Part shown: in pieces, positions 1-14,817 of the stretch
Numbering within the stretch: position 1 is the first letter of the stretch
How the letters are laid out: every line of letters begins with the position of its first letter
From: Octopus sinensis
Lineage: Eukaryota
Assembly: GCF_006345805.1 (NCBI RefSeq)
Contig: NC_043003.1
Location: forward strand, 41,106,001-41,170,000
DNA: 64,000 nt
Direction of reading: 5' to 3'
Translations under genes and position numbers: made by a program
The notes under the pieces: model-generated
Told to the model about the DNA's origin: nothing
What the model saw: the letters and a program-made list of their open reading frames with translations, nothing else
The model's database searches: none

Positions 1-67
1 TAATAATAATAAAGATAATAATAATAATATTAATAATCCTTTCTACTATAGGCACAAGGCCTGAAAA
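1..67 (-). mobile_element. SINE family A, 3' tail with (ATT)n tail
   Basis: CCTTTCTACTATAGGCACAAGGCCTGAAA matches the 3' end of family A copies at 44557 and 62616; preceded by (TAA)n. Confidence 0.75.
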
Positions 68-738
68 TAATTGTCAAAAATGTTCAAGAGTTATTGCATT
101 AACTAACGAGTAGTTAATGCATTAACGCTGTTTGGGTGCATATTCTTCATCTAATATACAGTGAGTTTATAATATACAGTTCTTTATCTAATATACAGTG
201 AGTTTAATTTTTGTTCTAACACTCGGTACTCTAACACGCTGCGCAGACAGATAAAAAACTATTGATAAATTAAAATCTTACGTCTGTCACGAGCCCAACG
301 ACTCATTAGATTTGAGCCTATCTCAGTTGCTACGGGGATCAAAACTGCAACAATCTCCACCACGGTACAGGACGCCTGACCATTGAAAATTTAATCCAGC
401 CTACCATAGTTTACTAGTACATATTTGTAGTTTGAGTGACTGAAGCAACTTGAAATGTAATGTTATGCAGAAGAACACAAGGTGCCACCCAGCCTTGCAA
501 TGGAAACACCGAATTATGATCGTATGCGCATCTCTCATTATAACGATGTAGTGACCCTTCTGAGTTGAAGTAAACTTTAAATAAAACAAAATAATAAAAC
601 AAAAAAGAATCAATCAAGGTTACATGTACGAATATTGTTTATTTTGAAATAGATAGATACTTATGATAAGAGGAGTTTGTAGAATATATTTTGCTAAATT
701 TGAATAACCTGGTTCTCGATAAAAATGACGACTGTATA

Positions 739-795
<57 letters not shown>

Positions 796-1715
796 ATATA
801 TATATATATCGAAGAGAAGGAAATGGTGTACTTTACTCTTCAAGAGTTGAAAATATGAGGAGTCAAGGAATTAATATTCCATGTGGAAACTTTTATATGA
901 TACATGCATATTTTGTGACAACACTCCACGCTTAGAACGTGACTACCAAAACATATGCATATAATAATATCTGATGATAGAATAACCCTTCCCTAGAAGT
1001 ACGTTCGAGTTAATACCAAGTGAAACATTTAAAAACCACAATGACATCACACACAGATATAGGACGCTTATAATGTAAATACAAATAACACGAAAAAAAA
1101 ATGGGAAAAAATGCATTAAATAGAAAATATAAATATCAATAGTAAAAACGCAGAGCATACGAATAAAAAATATCAAATACATAAACCCTGAAAGCACATA
1201 AATTCAAAACAAAAGAAATAAATAATGAGAAATGCTGGAGAAATATTAAAAGATGTTAAAGAATATAAAGAAAAAAATACTAAAACATTGCTGACGGAAA
1301 TTCAAACTTCCTTATATTCCAAGGAATCCGGCTTTATGAAAGGCAGTAAACCCGTTTACTTTCTTTTCTCTTTTCTTGTTGAACGAAACAAACATATGGC
1401 CCCAAGCTGATAACGAGTTTGTATTCGTATTTGTATTTTACTGTATCTCGGTGACTTCCTGTGATGTTAATATTTCCCAGGTTTGTTCTCATGTTGTACA
1501 TCATATGATTACCGTTTTACTCCCGTTGATATATTCAACTTCCTAAAATTGATCCATTTCTCTTGCGCTTGGGGCTGCATTGATTTCTATTTCTGCAACT
1601 TGCTTCCAATAATTACGTCGGGAGGAATGTAAATGACAAGCACTGATTGTATTTGAACTAAAAAAAAAATATTAACGATACATACTTAGGAACACACACA
1701 CAAACATATCAAACA

Positions 1716-2074
1716 TTCTTTTCTACTCTACAAAACTCGAAATTTTTGAGGAGAGGGCAATCGATTAGATCAACCCCAGTACGCAACTATTACTTAATTT
1801 ATCGACCCCGAAAAGATGAAAGGCAAAGTCGAACTCGGCGGAATTTGAAGTCGGAACGTAGAGACAGACGAAATATATATTTCTTTATTGTCCACAGAGG
1901 GGACAAACAAGGACAGTCAAAGGGATTAAGTCGATTACATCGACACCAGTGCGTAACTGGGATTTAATTTATCGACTCCAAAAGAATAAAAGGCAAAGTC
2001 GACCTCGGCGGAATTTGAACTCAGAACGTAGCGGCATTTCGCCCGGTATACAAATTTTCTGCCAGCTCGCCGCC
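1716..2074 (-). mobile_element. tRNA-derived SINE family A, dimeric copy
   Basis: Head GGCGGCGAGCTGGCAGAA; two B-box modules (GTTCAAATTCCGCCGAGGTCGACTTTGCC, the second slightly degenerate) joined by a linker, then the family tail. Same architecture as 63138-63722. Confidence 0.85.
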
Positions 2075-2181
2075 TTAAAGCATAGAAGTAATTGAATATA
2101 GTCAAATGTCATCGAATTCAGTTGACAATATTCTTTGTAAAAGGAAGTCAGTAGTTCTATTACAGGTTCACACATAATAGT

Positions 2182-2242
2182 TATAATAGATAGATGGATA
2201 GACAGATATATAGATAGTTAGATAGATAGATAGATAGATAGT

Positions 2243-2316
<74 letters not shown>
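2182..2316. repeat. (TAGA)n microsatellite
   Basis: Direct reading. Confidence 0.95.
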
Positions 2317-2317
<1 letters not shown>

Positions 2318-2437
2318 AGGGGGATTCAGAAGTCACCATACATAGGAAAAATTTATTTTCTTATAAGAAACAGTTAAATAAAAAACTGTTCTTATAAAAA
2401 ATAAATTGTTATGTATGGCGACTTTTGAACACCCCTG
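2317..2437. mobile_element. Palindromic MITE, Tc1/mariner-type termini
   Basis: Left AAGGGGGATTCAGAAGTCACCATACATA versus right reverse complement CAGGGGTGTTCAAAAGTCGCCATACATA; the interior is also self-complementary. Confidence 0.7.
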
Positions 2438-2469
<32 letters not shown>

Positions 2470-2470
<1 letters not shown>

Positions 2471-2730
2471 CGAGAAAGAGCAACAAGAATGGATTGGTTT
2501 TTGTACAATTGTTCATACAAAGACAGGCTTATTACAAGTTGCAAAAATTGCAGCAGATAAAAGTGTCCGTACTCATCAGCTAAAATACATTTGAGTTCTC
2601 TAGACATCTTAGTGGGTGAGGTTATACTCAGAAATATTGAGATAGTTCCATTGGAGGCAGATATAGGTTGTAAACAGTTTTCCAAAGTTCCTTAATGATG
2701 ATGCACAGTCTTATCACAGATTTTTAAAAA
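2470..2730. repeat. TA-adjacent interspersed repeat related to the 54267 palindrome arm
   Basis: ACGAGAAAGAGCAACAAGAATGGATTGGTTTTTGTACAATTGTTCATACAAAGACAGGCTT aligns to 54267-54340; both copies start directly after (TA)n. Confidence 0.75.
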
Positions 2731-2782
2731 ACTTATAGTTTCTTATATATAATATATATATATATTTTATATAGATATATAT

Positions 2783-2833
<51 letters not shown>

Positions 2834-2835
2834 CT

Positions 2836-3633
2836 AATATTCTATAATTATAAACATAATTATAATTAGGAGTCACCTAATTGCTTCACCACGCACTGAA
2901 TTTAGAAATAGGGGGTTAAAATTCCTTTCCTGCAAAAGTAAAGATCTCCCAGACAGTAACAACAAATTTTTAAGTAGGCAAAAAGAAAAAAATATCGAAT
3001 CCACACGACTAAAATTGGCTACATAGGCCAAGTTTTATAGTTATTATTTTTTCAACTTTCAGTGCAGCATTTTAAATATAAATTTAAGAGTGCTAGGATT
3101 AAATATGTACGTGATCGAGCGCCATCGCATAACTGATATCCACCCAACATTTCCAAAAATATACAGCCGAATGTGAACACATATTTATCCTTAATAACCA
3201 CGTTTATGTTACGAGCAATCCCGCAGAAACTGCAGTTTTCGATCAGAAATTAAATTATAATTTCAATATTTATAATATGTTACCGATCTACTTGGTAAAA
3301 TTATTAATCATTAATCAATTAATTGATTAATTAATTGATTAATTTTATCCATTTATTATTTAAAGGTGAAATAAGTAAGTAAATACCTGAAGTAAATACC
3401 CAAAGAAGTGAAATAAGTAAGAAAATATAACTTTACTTTACTTTAATCCGAAGACGCGTATGTAGCTAATCTGAGTCGTGTGGATTCGTTTTGTTTTCGT
3501 TTTGCCTACGTAAAAAAGTGTGCTACTGTCTGGGAGATCTTTACGGTAGCAGACAAGGAATTTTAACTCCTATTTCTCAATTCGGTGCATGGTGAAGCAA
3601 TTAGCAGACCGCTAATTTTAATTATAGAATATT
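2836..3633. repeat. Long imperfect inverted repeat (arms ~2836-3027 and ~3460-3633)
   Basis: TAATTGCTTCACCA, GTAAAGATCTCCCAGACAGTA and CGAATCCACACGACT in the left arm recur reverse-complemented in the right arm. Confidence 0.8.
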
Positions 3634-3754
3634 TGTATAATTTTACCTGAAAAGGTTATTTTAACGTACCAATCTACTTGGTAAAATATCAATTATTGAT
3701 TTCTTAATTAATTAGTTAATTTTACCTTTTTTATTATTATTAATATAGATATAC

Positions 3755-3803
<49 letters not shown>

Positions 3804-3811
3804 AATATATA

Positions 3812-3843
<32 letters not shown>

Positions 3844-4134
3844 CTTATATATATATACGAGGGATGTTTTGAGCCTTGAAGTCTTGTACCATGTTTTGTC
3901 TTTTTGAGGCTCAAGACTTTCTACACTCCCATGTATATATATATATTTATGTATGATGTATGTATGTATGTTGCATGTATGTATGCATGTATGTATGGCC
4001 AACACATATTTATGTGTGTGGCAAGCACGCATAGTTAGATTCAGATAAACATACATTTATAATCATATGTATCCCACCAACATACCGATATTGATGTGTG
4101 TGCATGTATGTTCGTTTGTGTGTGTAGTCATATA

Positions 4135-5000
4135 TACGACAGGGTACCCAAAAGAAACCGAAATTTTGCAATATTATTTCATTCACTTAGTCTTACATGT
4201 TTACCCTTTACTGCCTTCAGAGTATTCTCCACATGAAACACTGCATCGGTCCAGACGCGTTTTTCACTTTTTGAGGCAGTCTTAGAACTCTTGCGAAGTG
4301 ATGTCTTTTAACGCCTTCGTCGTTTGTTTTTCTTCTTCACGTATTTCACACCTGCAAAACGTTTTTCTTTAGCGACATTTTTCATTCGGGAAAACAAAAA
4401 AAAGTTGCAGGGAGCAAGATCGCGTGAATAAGGAGTGTGGGTAAATGGGGTCAAGCCATATTTAGTCAAAAACTGTCTCACACTCAAAGCCGTATGCGAA
4501 GGTGCATTGCCGTGATTAAGCCATCACTTTTCACTCTCATTTTCGTTTCACCTTGCTTTGAAAATGTTTCAGAACTGCCAAGTAAAATGTCTAGTTAACA
4601 ATTTCAGCGGGAGGAGCAAATTCTATGTGGAAAATTCCTTTCGCATCGATCAAACAAATCTGCATCATCTCGACATTGGGCTTTACTTGACGCACTATTT
4701 AGGGGCGTGGTGATATCAAATGCTTCTATTGACTTGATTGCGGCTTCATTTCCGGGTCGTAACCGTAGCACTAGCTTTCGACTCTAGTGCTGACCTTCAA
4801 AAAAAGGTCTGGATCAACTTTCATCCGTTCTGTCAGTTCATGTCACACATTTGATCGTGACTGCGTTTGACCTTCTGCAAGCGAGTGTGGCACGAATTTT
4901 GCTGCAATTCTTTTCATTCGCAATTCCTTCCTAATGAACAGAAGTCAAATACATACCTAGAAGCCGTCATATACTCGCGGTTTGAATGCATTTATTTGTA
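4135..5000 (-). mobile_element. Decayed mariner (DD34D) transposon
   Basis: Minus-strand translation across stops and frameshifts gives MKRIAAKFVPHSL, YGYDPEMKPQSSQ, HGNAPSHTALSVRQFLTK, HTPYSRDLAPCNFF and CGEYSEG; TIR-like TACGACAGGGTACCCAAAAGAAACCG at 4135. Confidence 0.9.
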
Positions 5001-5791
5001 TACTCTGCCAAAAGTATTTCCTTTCTACATGCTTTTCACTTGGGGGAAATATATGGTGGATCATTGTAAGACTTTTATACAACTGAAGTAGAATTTTTAG
5101 AGTTAAGCTCTAGTGTTTGTTGTTAGCCCAAGGATTATTTGTATTAAGGTAGGCGTCATCCCATCAATCCTAATCTTCACAATGTACCAAGTTTAAAATT
5201 TCTTCATAGAAATCTAATAACATAAAAAAAACAATTCATTCTGAATCTCAGTTAAGCTGTTTGATAATTTAATTTATCTAGAGACATTCTTTTGTGAACC
5301 GTGAATCACAAAATCTTCTAAACAAAGAATGCTGTGACCTGAGTTTGATACACTTCTTTTGAATGTAACATCCAAGATTGACTGTTCTAAGCTTAGCAGT
5401 TCTCAAATCAAGCCCCACCTCCCAAAATAATAATAAAAATATACCCACCATATCTTGCTAATAACCCCTGGAATTAAACACACTGTAAATATTTGTCTCC
5501 AAATGACTATGGTCTTTCTTTGCGTTTCCCCTGAAAATTTCAACTTTTATTTGGATTTATCTCGTTAACATACAACGTTATCTATGTAAAAGGCAACAAA
5601 AAAAAGTACAACAAATTCCTCCAAATTTTTCATTCATTATTTAAAGCTGTCTCTGATTGACCTAGACTTTAGAAATGAAAAAATAAAATAGGAGACATTA
5701 GGTTCCTGGGTATGCGCAACGACAACACAGGAATATAGAATTCTTGAAACAAAATGCATAGCTTTTATACGCAGATACTCGCACGCAAGAA

Positions 5792-5822
<31 letters not shown>

Positions 5823-5880
5823 GTGTGCATGTGAGTATTTTATTGAAGATTGCTATGTTTTAGGTAATATCATGACGTAG

Positions 5881-6256
5881 CACTTCATCGGTTACGATGA
5901 CGAGGGTTCCAGTTGATCCGATCAACGGAACAGCTTGCTCGTGGTATTAACGTGCAAGTGGCTGAGCACTCCTCAGAAACGTATATCTTTAACGTAGTTC
6001 TCGGAGAGATTCAGCGTGACACACAGTGTGACAACGGTGGCCCTTTGAAAAACAGGTACAACAGAAACAGGAAGAAAGAGTGATAGAAAGTTGTGGTGAA
6101 AGAGTACAGCAGGGTTCGCCACCAGACCCTGCCGGTGCCTCGTGGAGGTTTAGGTATTTTCGCTCAATAAACACTCATAACGCCCGGTCTGGGAATCGAA
6201 ACCGCAATCCCACGATCGCAAGTCCGCTGCCCTCACCACTGGGACATTGCGCCTCC
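5881..6256 (-). mobile_element. tRNA-derived SINE family C, full length
   Basis: Head GGAGGCGCAATGTCCCAGTGGTGAGGGCAGCGGAC with B-box GGTTTCGATTCC; colinear with 50261-50638. Confidence 0.9.
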
Positions 6257-6431
6257 ACGGTAACACCATATTACATATCAACATGTTAGTGTGCTTAATA
6301 AGAAATATATATTTAAAATTACCATTTACTGATAAATGACTACTAACAGCAACATATTTAGGGAAACTACCGAGGAATTTTTAATTAATGTCTCGTACTA
6401 ACGGTTGTAATTACTATTCTAGCGTAGGATT

Positions 6432-6600
6432 AAGGTGGTGAGCTGTTAGAATCATTGCTACACCGGACAAAATACTTGACAGAATATATTACGGGTTTTC
6501 CTTTCTGAATTCAAATGTTGCCGAGGTTGGCTTTGCCTTTTATCTTTTAAGAGTGGATAAAATATGTACTATAGAAAGAATGGGGTCGATGAAATAAACT
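6432..6600 (+). mobile_element. SINE family A, degenerate
   Basis: AAGGTGGTGAGCTG head, TTCAAATGTTGCCGAGGTTGGCTTTGCC and GGGGTCGATG. Confidence 0.65.
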
Positions 6601-6879
6601 TCTCCTTCCCTCCATATCCTTGGTGTCCTCCCAAAATTTGGAAGTATTTTAGAGTAAACTTCAATCCATTGAATTTTTAGTAAAAGGTTAGAATTTAGAA
6701 AGAGAAGTTGCAGCGCATAAAATCATAAAACATATCTTAAGAAATATTATTAAACTTCATATGTATTGCAGATATCCGCAGACGCCTACGCAGTTTTGCT
6801 TTTAGGTAGAAAGCTTGCATAGTTAAGAGAAGTGGTGTTTCTGGAGAACATTGAACACGGCACTTGACCGGTAATTTAA

Positions 6880-6965
6880 CGACTGCGAAGAGATCAAATG
6901 CCAAATTGACCTCGGCGATATTTGAACTCATAATGTAAAAAGCCGGAACAAATACTGCAAGCTGT
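6880..6965 (-). mobile_element. SINE family A fragment
   Basis: GCCAAATTGACCTCGGCGATATTTGAACTCA is the reverse of the B-box module. Confidence 0.55.
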
Positions 6966-8371
6966 TCGCGAAGCTATTGCGATTCTCCTTTCAAAGGTAC
7001 ACAATGGATGCAATACTAATTACAACGCTTATTTAACGTACAATATTTACAAAATAAATGCAACGGCCATTGGGCAGAAATATATAACCCGGTGATAAGT
7101 TCTCTATTAACAAATAACCAATCGCATTGCGCCAATTAGCTACACATTCATATGTCAAAATTAATTATTTCAAACAGAAAATAAAGGCTTAAAGGTCAGG
7201 AAGCGTTGATGGATTTCGGAGCATTAACTGTCCCTAACTTACTGTAAGGAATGCATTAGGAAAATGGATAAATGTTTTAATTCAATGTACATATATGGCT
7301 GATGCATACATACAAATATAATATATGTATGTGTGTGCAAAAATGCTTACATGTGTCGGTGTAAACATACATACGCACGTTACACACACACACACACATA
7401 TATATCCGTGTGTGAATATGTGTGTACTTGCGTATGTGCACGTGTGCATGATTTTACATGTGAAAAACCTCTCGCATGCACGTACACGCGCTTCACTAAA
7501 TATAAATTAGCAAGAAAACGGAAATATTTAAGCGAGTTTAAACGTACATACAAATATACATGCATAATCAAACATATTCAAACATGCATACACAATTATG
7601 TTTGAAGGTATATGAGTGTGCGAATGTGTGTGTGTGTGTGTGTGTATCAGTTTGTGTGTGTGTGTAAGTGTGCGTATGCTCCTGAGTATGTGTGTGTGTG
7701 TTTGTAAGCGTTTAAATTTGTTAAAATATTTGCGTTCCTATAACAAATATGATTGTGTAGGTACGCGTGCGGTTAGCTTTGCAAATGGTTTTGTTTATGT
7801 TCATGTTGCAACGATTTTACAAGCATTTAGCTTTGTTCTATGATGCAAGCGCATTGATAAAGGTCGCGAAGTACATTGAGTGCATTCTTCACATCATGTC
7901 TGCCATTTGTGCAGCTAACAAAAGGAATTTGAGGAATCTTCCAGGATTACAACAATCTTCTCGAAGAGAAAAAAATATAAAACTCTTGGAAATCCTTGAC
8001 ATCTTTATAATCATTTACTCATCCTTTCTCTTTTCTTTTCTCCATTCCTTTCACATATACTCACGCACACATACTTTTTACGTCTCCCTCTTTCTCTCTC
8101 AGACTCACACACAGATACACACACACACACTCTCACACACACATACCTTCGTTTCCTCTCTTTCCCCTCTCTCCACAAGTTTCATTTTCTTTATTACTTA
8201 TTTGTTTATTTCGTTAGTTTCTCATTTGGCTTTCTCCCCTCCATATTGCAGTAATACTTTCACCTCTTCTCATCTTATTATTTCAATCATCTGTGTATTT
8301 CCTTTAAGTATTTCTGACTTCTTTTCTTCTTTTCTTTTACTTTTCTTCCGTTATCTCTAGTTCTCTACTTA

Positions 8372-8418
<47 letters not shown>

Positions 8419-8849
8419 TACATAATACATACACACACATATTTAAGCATAATAATACACGCATTTATGTGCCTCTATTATGTCCAGCTATCTTTCTAAA
8501 GTCGTATATATGTGTGTGTCTGTGTGTGTGCATACATATATATACACATATATACATACATATATTATATCTATCATTATCTCACTTCTTGTAATCGAGA
8601 TATCTGACTTTCATCTCTGTCCTTTACTTATGCCTTTCATTTGTCTCTCATCTCTCTGATTCATCGCAGATATTCTGTCATCATCCTTTCTCAGTTCCCT
8701 TCTTTGTATTTCCACACCTCCTCTCTTTCTAATCTGTTTACTGCATAAATATCTTAGAATCCTTTCTCTAATTGTATTGTTTGAATCAACTTCTATCCAT
8801 GCAAACATCTCTCCTACCCTGTATCCATACATCCTTTCATCCATTAACC

Positions 8850-9177
<328 letters not shown>

Positions 9178-9426
9178 ATTTCCACTCTATAGCTCGCTTG
9201 ACCTACCTACTCTCCTCTGTCTTGCATACGCTTGTATGTATGTACCTGTGAGTGTGTGTGTATGTATATATATATGTATATATATATATATATATATATA
9301 ATATAATATTAGGGAATAAATCCAAATTTACAGGGAAAAAAATCAGATTTAGGATTAAATCGATTTATAGTAAAAATATTATAAATATTATTCGAGACAA
9401 AACCACTATTTGCAAAACAATATAAT

Positions 9427-9465
<39 letters not shown>

Positions 9466-10843
9466 CATATTTATATATACATTTGTCGGTCTGTCTGTAT
9501 ACATACATATATCTGTGTATCTATATATTTAACTCTGTTTCTCTGCGTTTCTCTCTTCTAATATGTATATACATGCATGCACCCATAAATACCCACAGCA
9601 ATACAAATAAGCCCACATACACACACACACACACACGCAACACACAGATACATATATACACACATATACCTATATAAACTAGTCCCCATACACATATTCA
9701 CACGTCGAATAACATATGCCGTATACATATGCCGTAAACATTAAGACAACACACCCGCGCAAGTATATACGCACATATACGGCAGCACGTATGCATAAAA
9801 ATTCATAGTTTACAACCTAAACAATAGAACAGTCAGTATTTTTAACATACCCCCGCTTACTTTCCTGCTATATCACTGTTTCTCTTTATTTCTTCTACCC
9901 CTACCTCTCCTTCCTTCTTTTCACCCCCTCCAACACTCTGCAGCATTCTGCTTCGTTGAAGGGAAACTTCTCCAGTTTGGAAACCCTACTGTAACCACTC
10001 CTACAACTTCTTACATCACTTCGCTTTTAAGGGTTTATTATATTTACAACTACTAGGACCACCATCTTCATGAAAAATAACGCCGATAACATCATAATCC
10101 TTCAGAGAAACCTCACGATATTACTATTGATTCTGCCACCCCTTTTGCGTGTTTCCTCCAATTATAGAACGAGTAACATACACATACGTTCATATATGCG
10201 CGCACACTCGCACCAGAAAGACACGCGTTCCGTGGAGCTAAACTCATTACCGCCACTAATAAATTAACAATACTCCACCCCATATTCTTCCCAAAACACC
10301 AAAGCAGGCATACGAACGGGCGTATCTGAGTGTTTGTGTGTGTGTGCGTATACACACACATACAACTATGTTTTTGTAGTGTGTATGTAAGCAGGAAATG
10401 TGTGTGTGTATATATATGTGTGCATGTGTGCTTGTGTGTGTATGTATGTGTATATATAAACACACATATATACATGTATATATATATACGCACACACACG
10501 CACAAACACACATATATATGTATGTATATGTATATATATATATATAGATAGATAGAGAGAGAGGGAGGGGGAGATAGATATATGCACACAAGTGTTAGGC
10601 ATACATGTGTGTGCGGATATAGACATATATATGTAGATAGAAAGATAAGTAGATAGATATAAGTGTATACACAAGTACTGTCCTTCTCACTCTCTCTCTC
10701 TCTGTCATGTATATAGGTATGTACATGCGTGTGTACATGTGTGTGTGTATCTATTTCTGTGTATTTGTGCGTGTATATATATATATATACATATATACAT
10801 ATATATGCAGATGTGGTTATGTGTATATACATACACACGCCTA

Positions 10844-10895
<52 letters not shown>

Positions 10896-10906
10896 ATATA
10901 TTATGG

Positions 10907-10938
<32 letters not shown>

Positions 10939-11458
10939 GTGTGTGTGTGTGTATATATATATATGTGTGTGTGTGTATTGATTAATCTGTCCTATTCATG
11001 TATTATTGATTTTCCACTAATTACGCAATATTATGTATTGATGACAACCAATTGTAGCTCAGATTACGGAGTGTGTCTAAGGGAGTGCGTGATGCTAAAT
11101 ACACTAAGATCACCACTACCAACCAATGCTTCTACATTCCTCGTTCCCTTCATCGGGCTTTTAAGACTCATGTACTCCTCACCATTACCCACAACACTCA
11201 CTAGTGCTAAACCCTAATTTTTGTTCCTGATGTTTTTGAAACCTTCCCTTTTCCTCACTTGTTCGACACGTTTTAAATTAAAGGCTTGCATCTTAAAACA
11301 TTCGTACGTTTGAATTCTTTAATCAGCTTCAAATGAGAGTACAAAAGCGAATGAGAAAAAGGGAAAGAGAGAGGGGGTGGGAGAATGGGTGAAATAGGGG
11401 GGGGGGTAGCCGGGTATCGAGGTGGATGTGATAAAGAGACTAAGAAGGGAGAGAGAGA

Positions 11459-11520
<62 letters not shown>

Positions 11521-12929
11521 GAGATTCAATGGAAAACAAAGAAAGAAAATGTCGCAAGGATGCTATTTAAAAGAAGGAACGGTGTTAACAAATGCAGCAA
11601 GTAAACAAGAGTAGAGATTTAATGATGGAAAATAGAATACAAAACACAAACAAGCTCGCCCCACCCTAACATATATATACGTATATGTGTAAGTGTACAT
11701 ACATATACATACGTATATGCATGTATATATACATGTATATATTATATATAAATATATATGTATAAGGGTATATACAGGCATATACACAACTATGCATATA
11801 TACGTGTATATATAATTATATATATATATATTAAATATGCAATTACTGCTTTGTCTCTCAATTATTTCTCTCTATCGTAGCTTTTGTTTCTTTTCCCCCT
11901 TCTTTCGCTCTCTCTCAATCTCTCCCACTCTCTCTGAAGAAAAATAAGAAAGGACAGATTGATAGATAGGGAAGGAGCGAGTGGGGTTGAGGGGAAGTCA
12001 AAGAGGGGGTTTCCAAGTTGTAAAGGAAGGTGAGAGATAAAAGCACGAAGTGACGTGGAAAAGGTTTTGTGTGAAACTGGTAGAAAGAAATATTTTGAAA
12101 TAAATTTGGGTAGGAAGGGTAGTGATGAATAAGGAAAAAAATATATAAATAAATATGTGGTAATATCATCAAAATATTGCAGATTAATAACAAAAAGAAT
12201 GTGGCAACAACAGTCAGAGTGTAAACTGTAAGCGCTACAAGAACATCAGATAACTTCGACAACACTGAAGACAACGAACAATAAAATGTATAAACATTGA
12301 ATAATGCAATTAACAAACAGTAGAAAAGACAATATCATTAACGATTGTAACATCAATACCAAAATCTCTTATATGAAAAATAACAGCAAAATACAACACT
12401 GTAACAGATTGATAATGTAATAATTATAACAACTAGCGAGACCCTTGGAATTTCTGCGATTTATAAATTTTCTTATTTCAATTTTCATGTGTAAATTTAT
12501 TGATCTTAATATCGTTTCATTTTGTTTTTCAATATTTCGATGATGGTTTGATTTCGCTCAAATAGTTAAAGATGATTAATACTTAACATCCCAACTTGTT
12601 TCATTGTAATAATGATTTCGTTAAATATTGTTTGTCCTATTTATTAGATTAGGTTGTGTAAAACCTAGCACTGAAAATTACTTGATCTCAAAGATAACAA
12701 TTATGTAATCAATTGCATTCCGTACACGTATGAGTTCTTTATTGTCGTGTAATTATACGTATGTACATGTGTATGTGTATATAGGTGATTAACCTTACAT
12801 GAAATAATGCATACGCGTAAGAAAATATCCAATGTTTTATATTGAAAGATTATTTCTTTCATTTCTAATCAGGACGAAAGAACCGTGCACACGTACCTTG
12901 TAGTTCTTTCAAAGACGTTACGATTGATA

Positions 12930-13760
12930 CCAGAAGCTGAAGTGTGTCCGCTAGCGATTGAATGCTGATCAGCCTAGAAGTCCCTTCTGAGTGAACACTA
13001 CTACGTTATCAGTCTCACTTGAGCCTTGTAGAATGTCAGAGAATTATGGTAACTAATATATTTTGTGGCTCTGAATAGAAGAGTCAGTCTTTGAGATGCG
13101 GTCCTCACATAATAGTAAAGTAGAGATTTTCACTCGAAGTGATCTTCGAAGTTAATCGAGCCCAGTATTTGTCTCTAGCTGAATGCGGTTCATGTTGAGG
13201 GAATTGTGCCGAATTTCTGTTCACGTAAGTATTACTAGTAATTTTCTTTCTTCTAAATGAGACATAATTGATATGGCCACACTGGAAAATGTCTCAAACG
13301 CTCCGTTCATGGAATCAAAGCTGGTTGCATATGGATATTGTAAGTTTCAGGAATGCTTGAGAGTTATAAAGTCTTCTTTTATATGCATAACCGTGCGCGG
13401 TAGTGGATGTAATTGCAAGTATGCCATTGATATATAGAAAGGAGAGTGTGGTATGGGGAAGAAAACCTAACTACGTAGGACACGAAATTCATTTGAGAAT
13501 GGGAGGGAAGATGTTCGTCAGCACACACCAATACGTGATTTTACAGGGAGTTAGGAATCCAGGAGATGATAGATGAATGGGGTCACTGGTCGGAATGTTT
13601 TGTGAGGAGATTTGCATGCCAGACACAGTCGAATGTTTTATTGAGGTTTGTGGCAATAACATTGTTTTTCACCTAGCTTCTGTAGACTGTTGCTCTGTGG
13701 CACAAAAGAAAACTTTTCTAATAGATTAATTTCGTGAAAGCCAAACACCCCAACAACTAA
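12930..13760 (-). pseudogene. Decayed CR1/Jockey-group LINE reverse transcriptase
   Basis: Minus-strand motifs in RT order: NLNKTFDCVWHANLL (~13610-13655; DLxKAFDxVWH), FLYINGIL (~13415-13445; LYIND), TASQRLTLLFRA and LTFYKAQVR (~13013-13100). Many stops; may extend towards 14290. Confidence 0.7.
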
Positions 13761-14570
13761 TCCATGCGCCTCCACTAGAGGTCATGATGGTAAAACATTT
13801 AGAATGTTTAAGTTGCTTAAAAATCATGACCACTTTCCACGATTTTCTTGTATTCTATGTTTTCAAACATGGCTTATTTATCCCAATTACCATCAGGAGG
13901 AATTCTCTCAGGTGAATGAAAGATGGCATAGGTACTATACTTGAGTATGGGAAATATCTTTTTCCAGGTAAGTATATGTTGGGTTCTTTTGATGTTCACA
14001 AGACAAATACATCAATCATCATAGAACTTGTATCCGCCAAACCATACTAATCCAAGTTTTAGGCAACTTATCTTTTGATTAGACCTTTGCGAAAAATGCT
14101 CCGTATAATTTCTCGAGTAATAGTGGGAGACCACTACGTATCTTACTAACAAAGGTGTACTCCAATTTAAGTTAAATACTTTCTCCCCAGAAAATATGTT
14201 CTCTTCAGATTCCAGAAAAGTGAACCCATAGCTTCATGCAAGTTGCACAGCAGAAATGAATTGAAAGATGGTACATAGATATTTCATCCACATTTTTCGT
14301 GAGGAACCATTATAAATGCACAACTCATAGATTAAATTAAATATTTTATGTACAACTCGCAGATTAAATTAAATACTTTATGTAAGTATTGAATCAAAAA
14401 CGGGGACTTGATTTAAATGAACAAATACAAATTTAAAGATAGAACATGTCATCTAAAATATTCTAAATCCTATAAGAAATTTTAATCGATTTTCAAATTG
14501 ATATTTATGTTACGCATCAGTATAGTTAATGAAAAACCAGTCACAAATACATAAACCTATTGAGTCATTC

Positions 14571-14623
<53 letters not shown>

Positions 14624-14737
14624 ATATATATTATATATATATATATATAGATAGATACATAGATAGAGAGAGAGATAGCTATATATATATATATACACAT
14701 ACGTATACATAATATACATACACACACACACACACAT

Positions 14738-14817
<80 letters not shown>

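Noticed and set aside
285-624. Possible solo LTR (TGTCAC...GTTACA with AATAAA)
   Set aside because: Imperfect termini, no TSD, no second copy in the window.
2560-2600. CTGATGA on the minus strand as a hammerhead core
   Set aside because: No correctly placed GAAA or stems.
3856-3935. Tiny mariner-like MITE
   Set aside because: Inverted motifs are not colinear; termini too degenerate.
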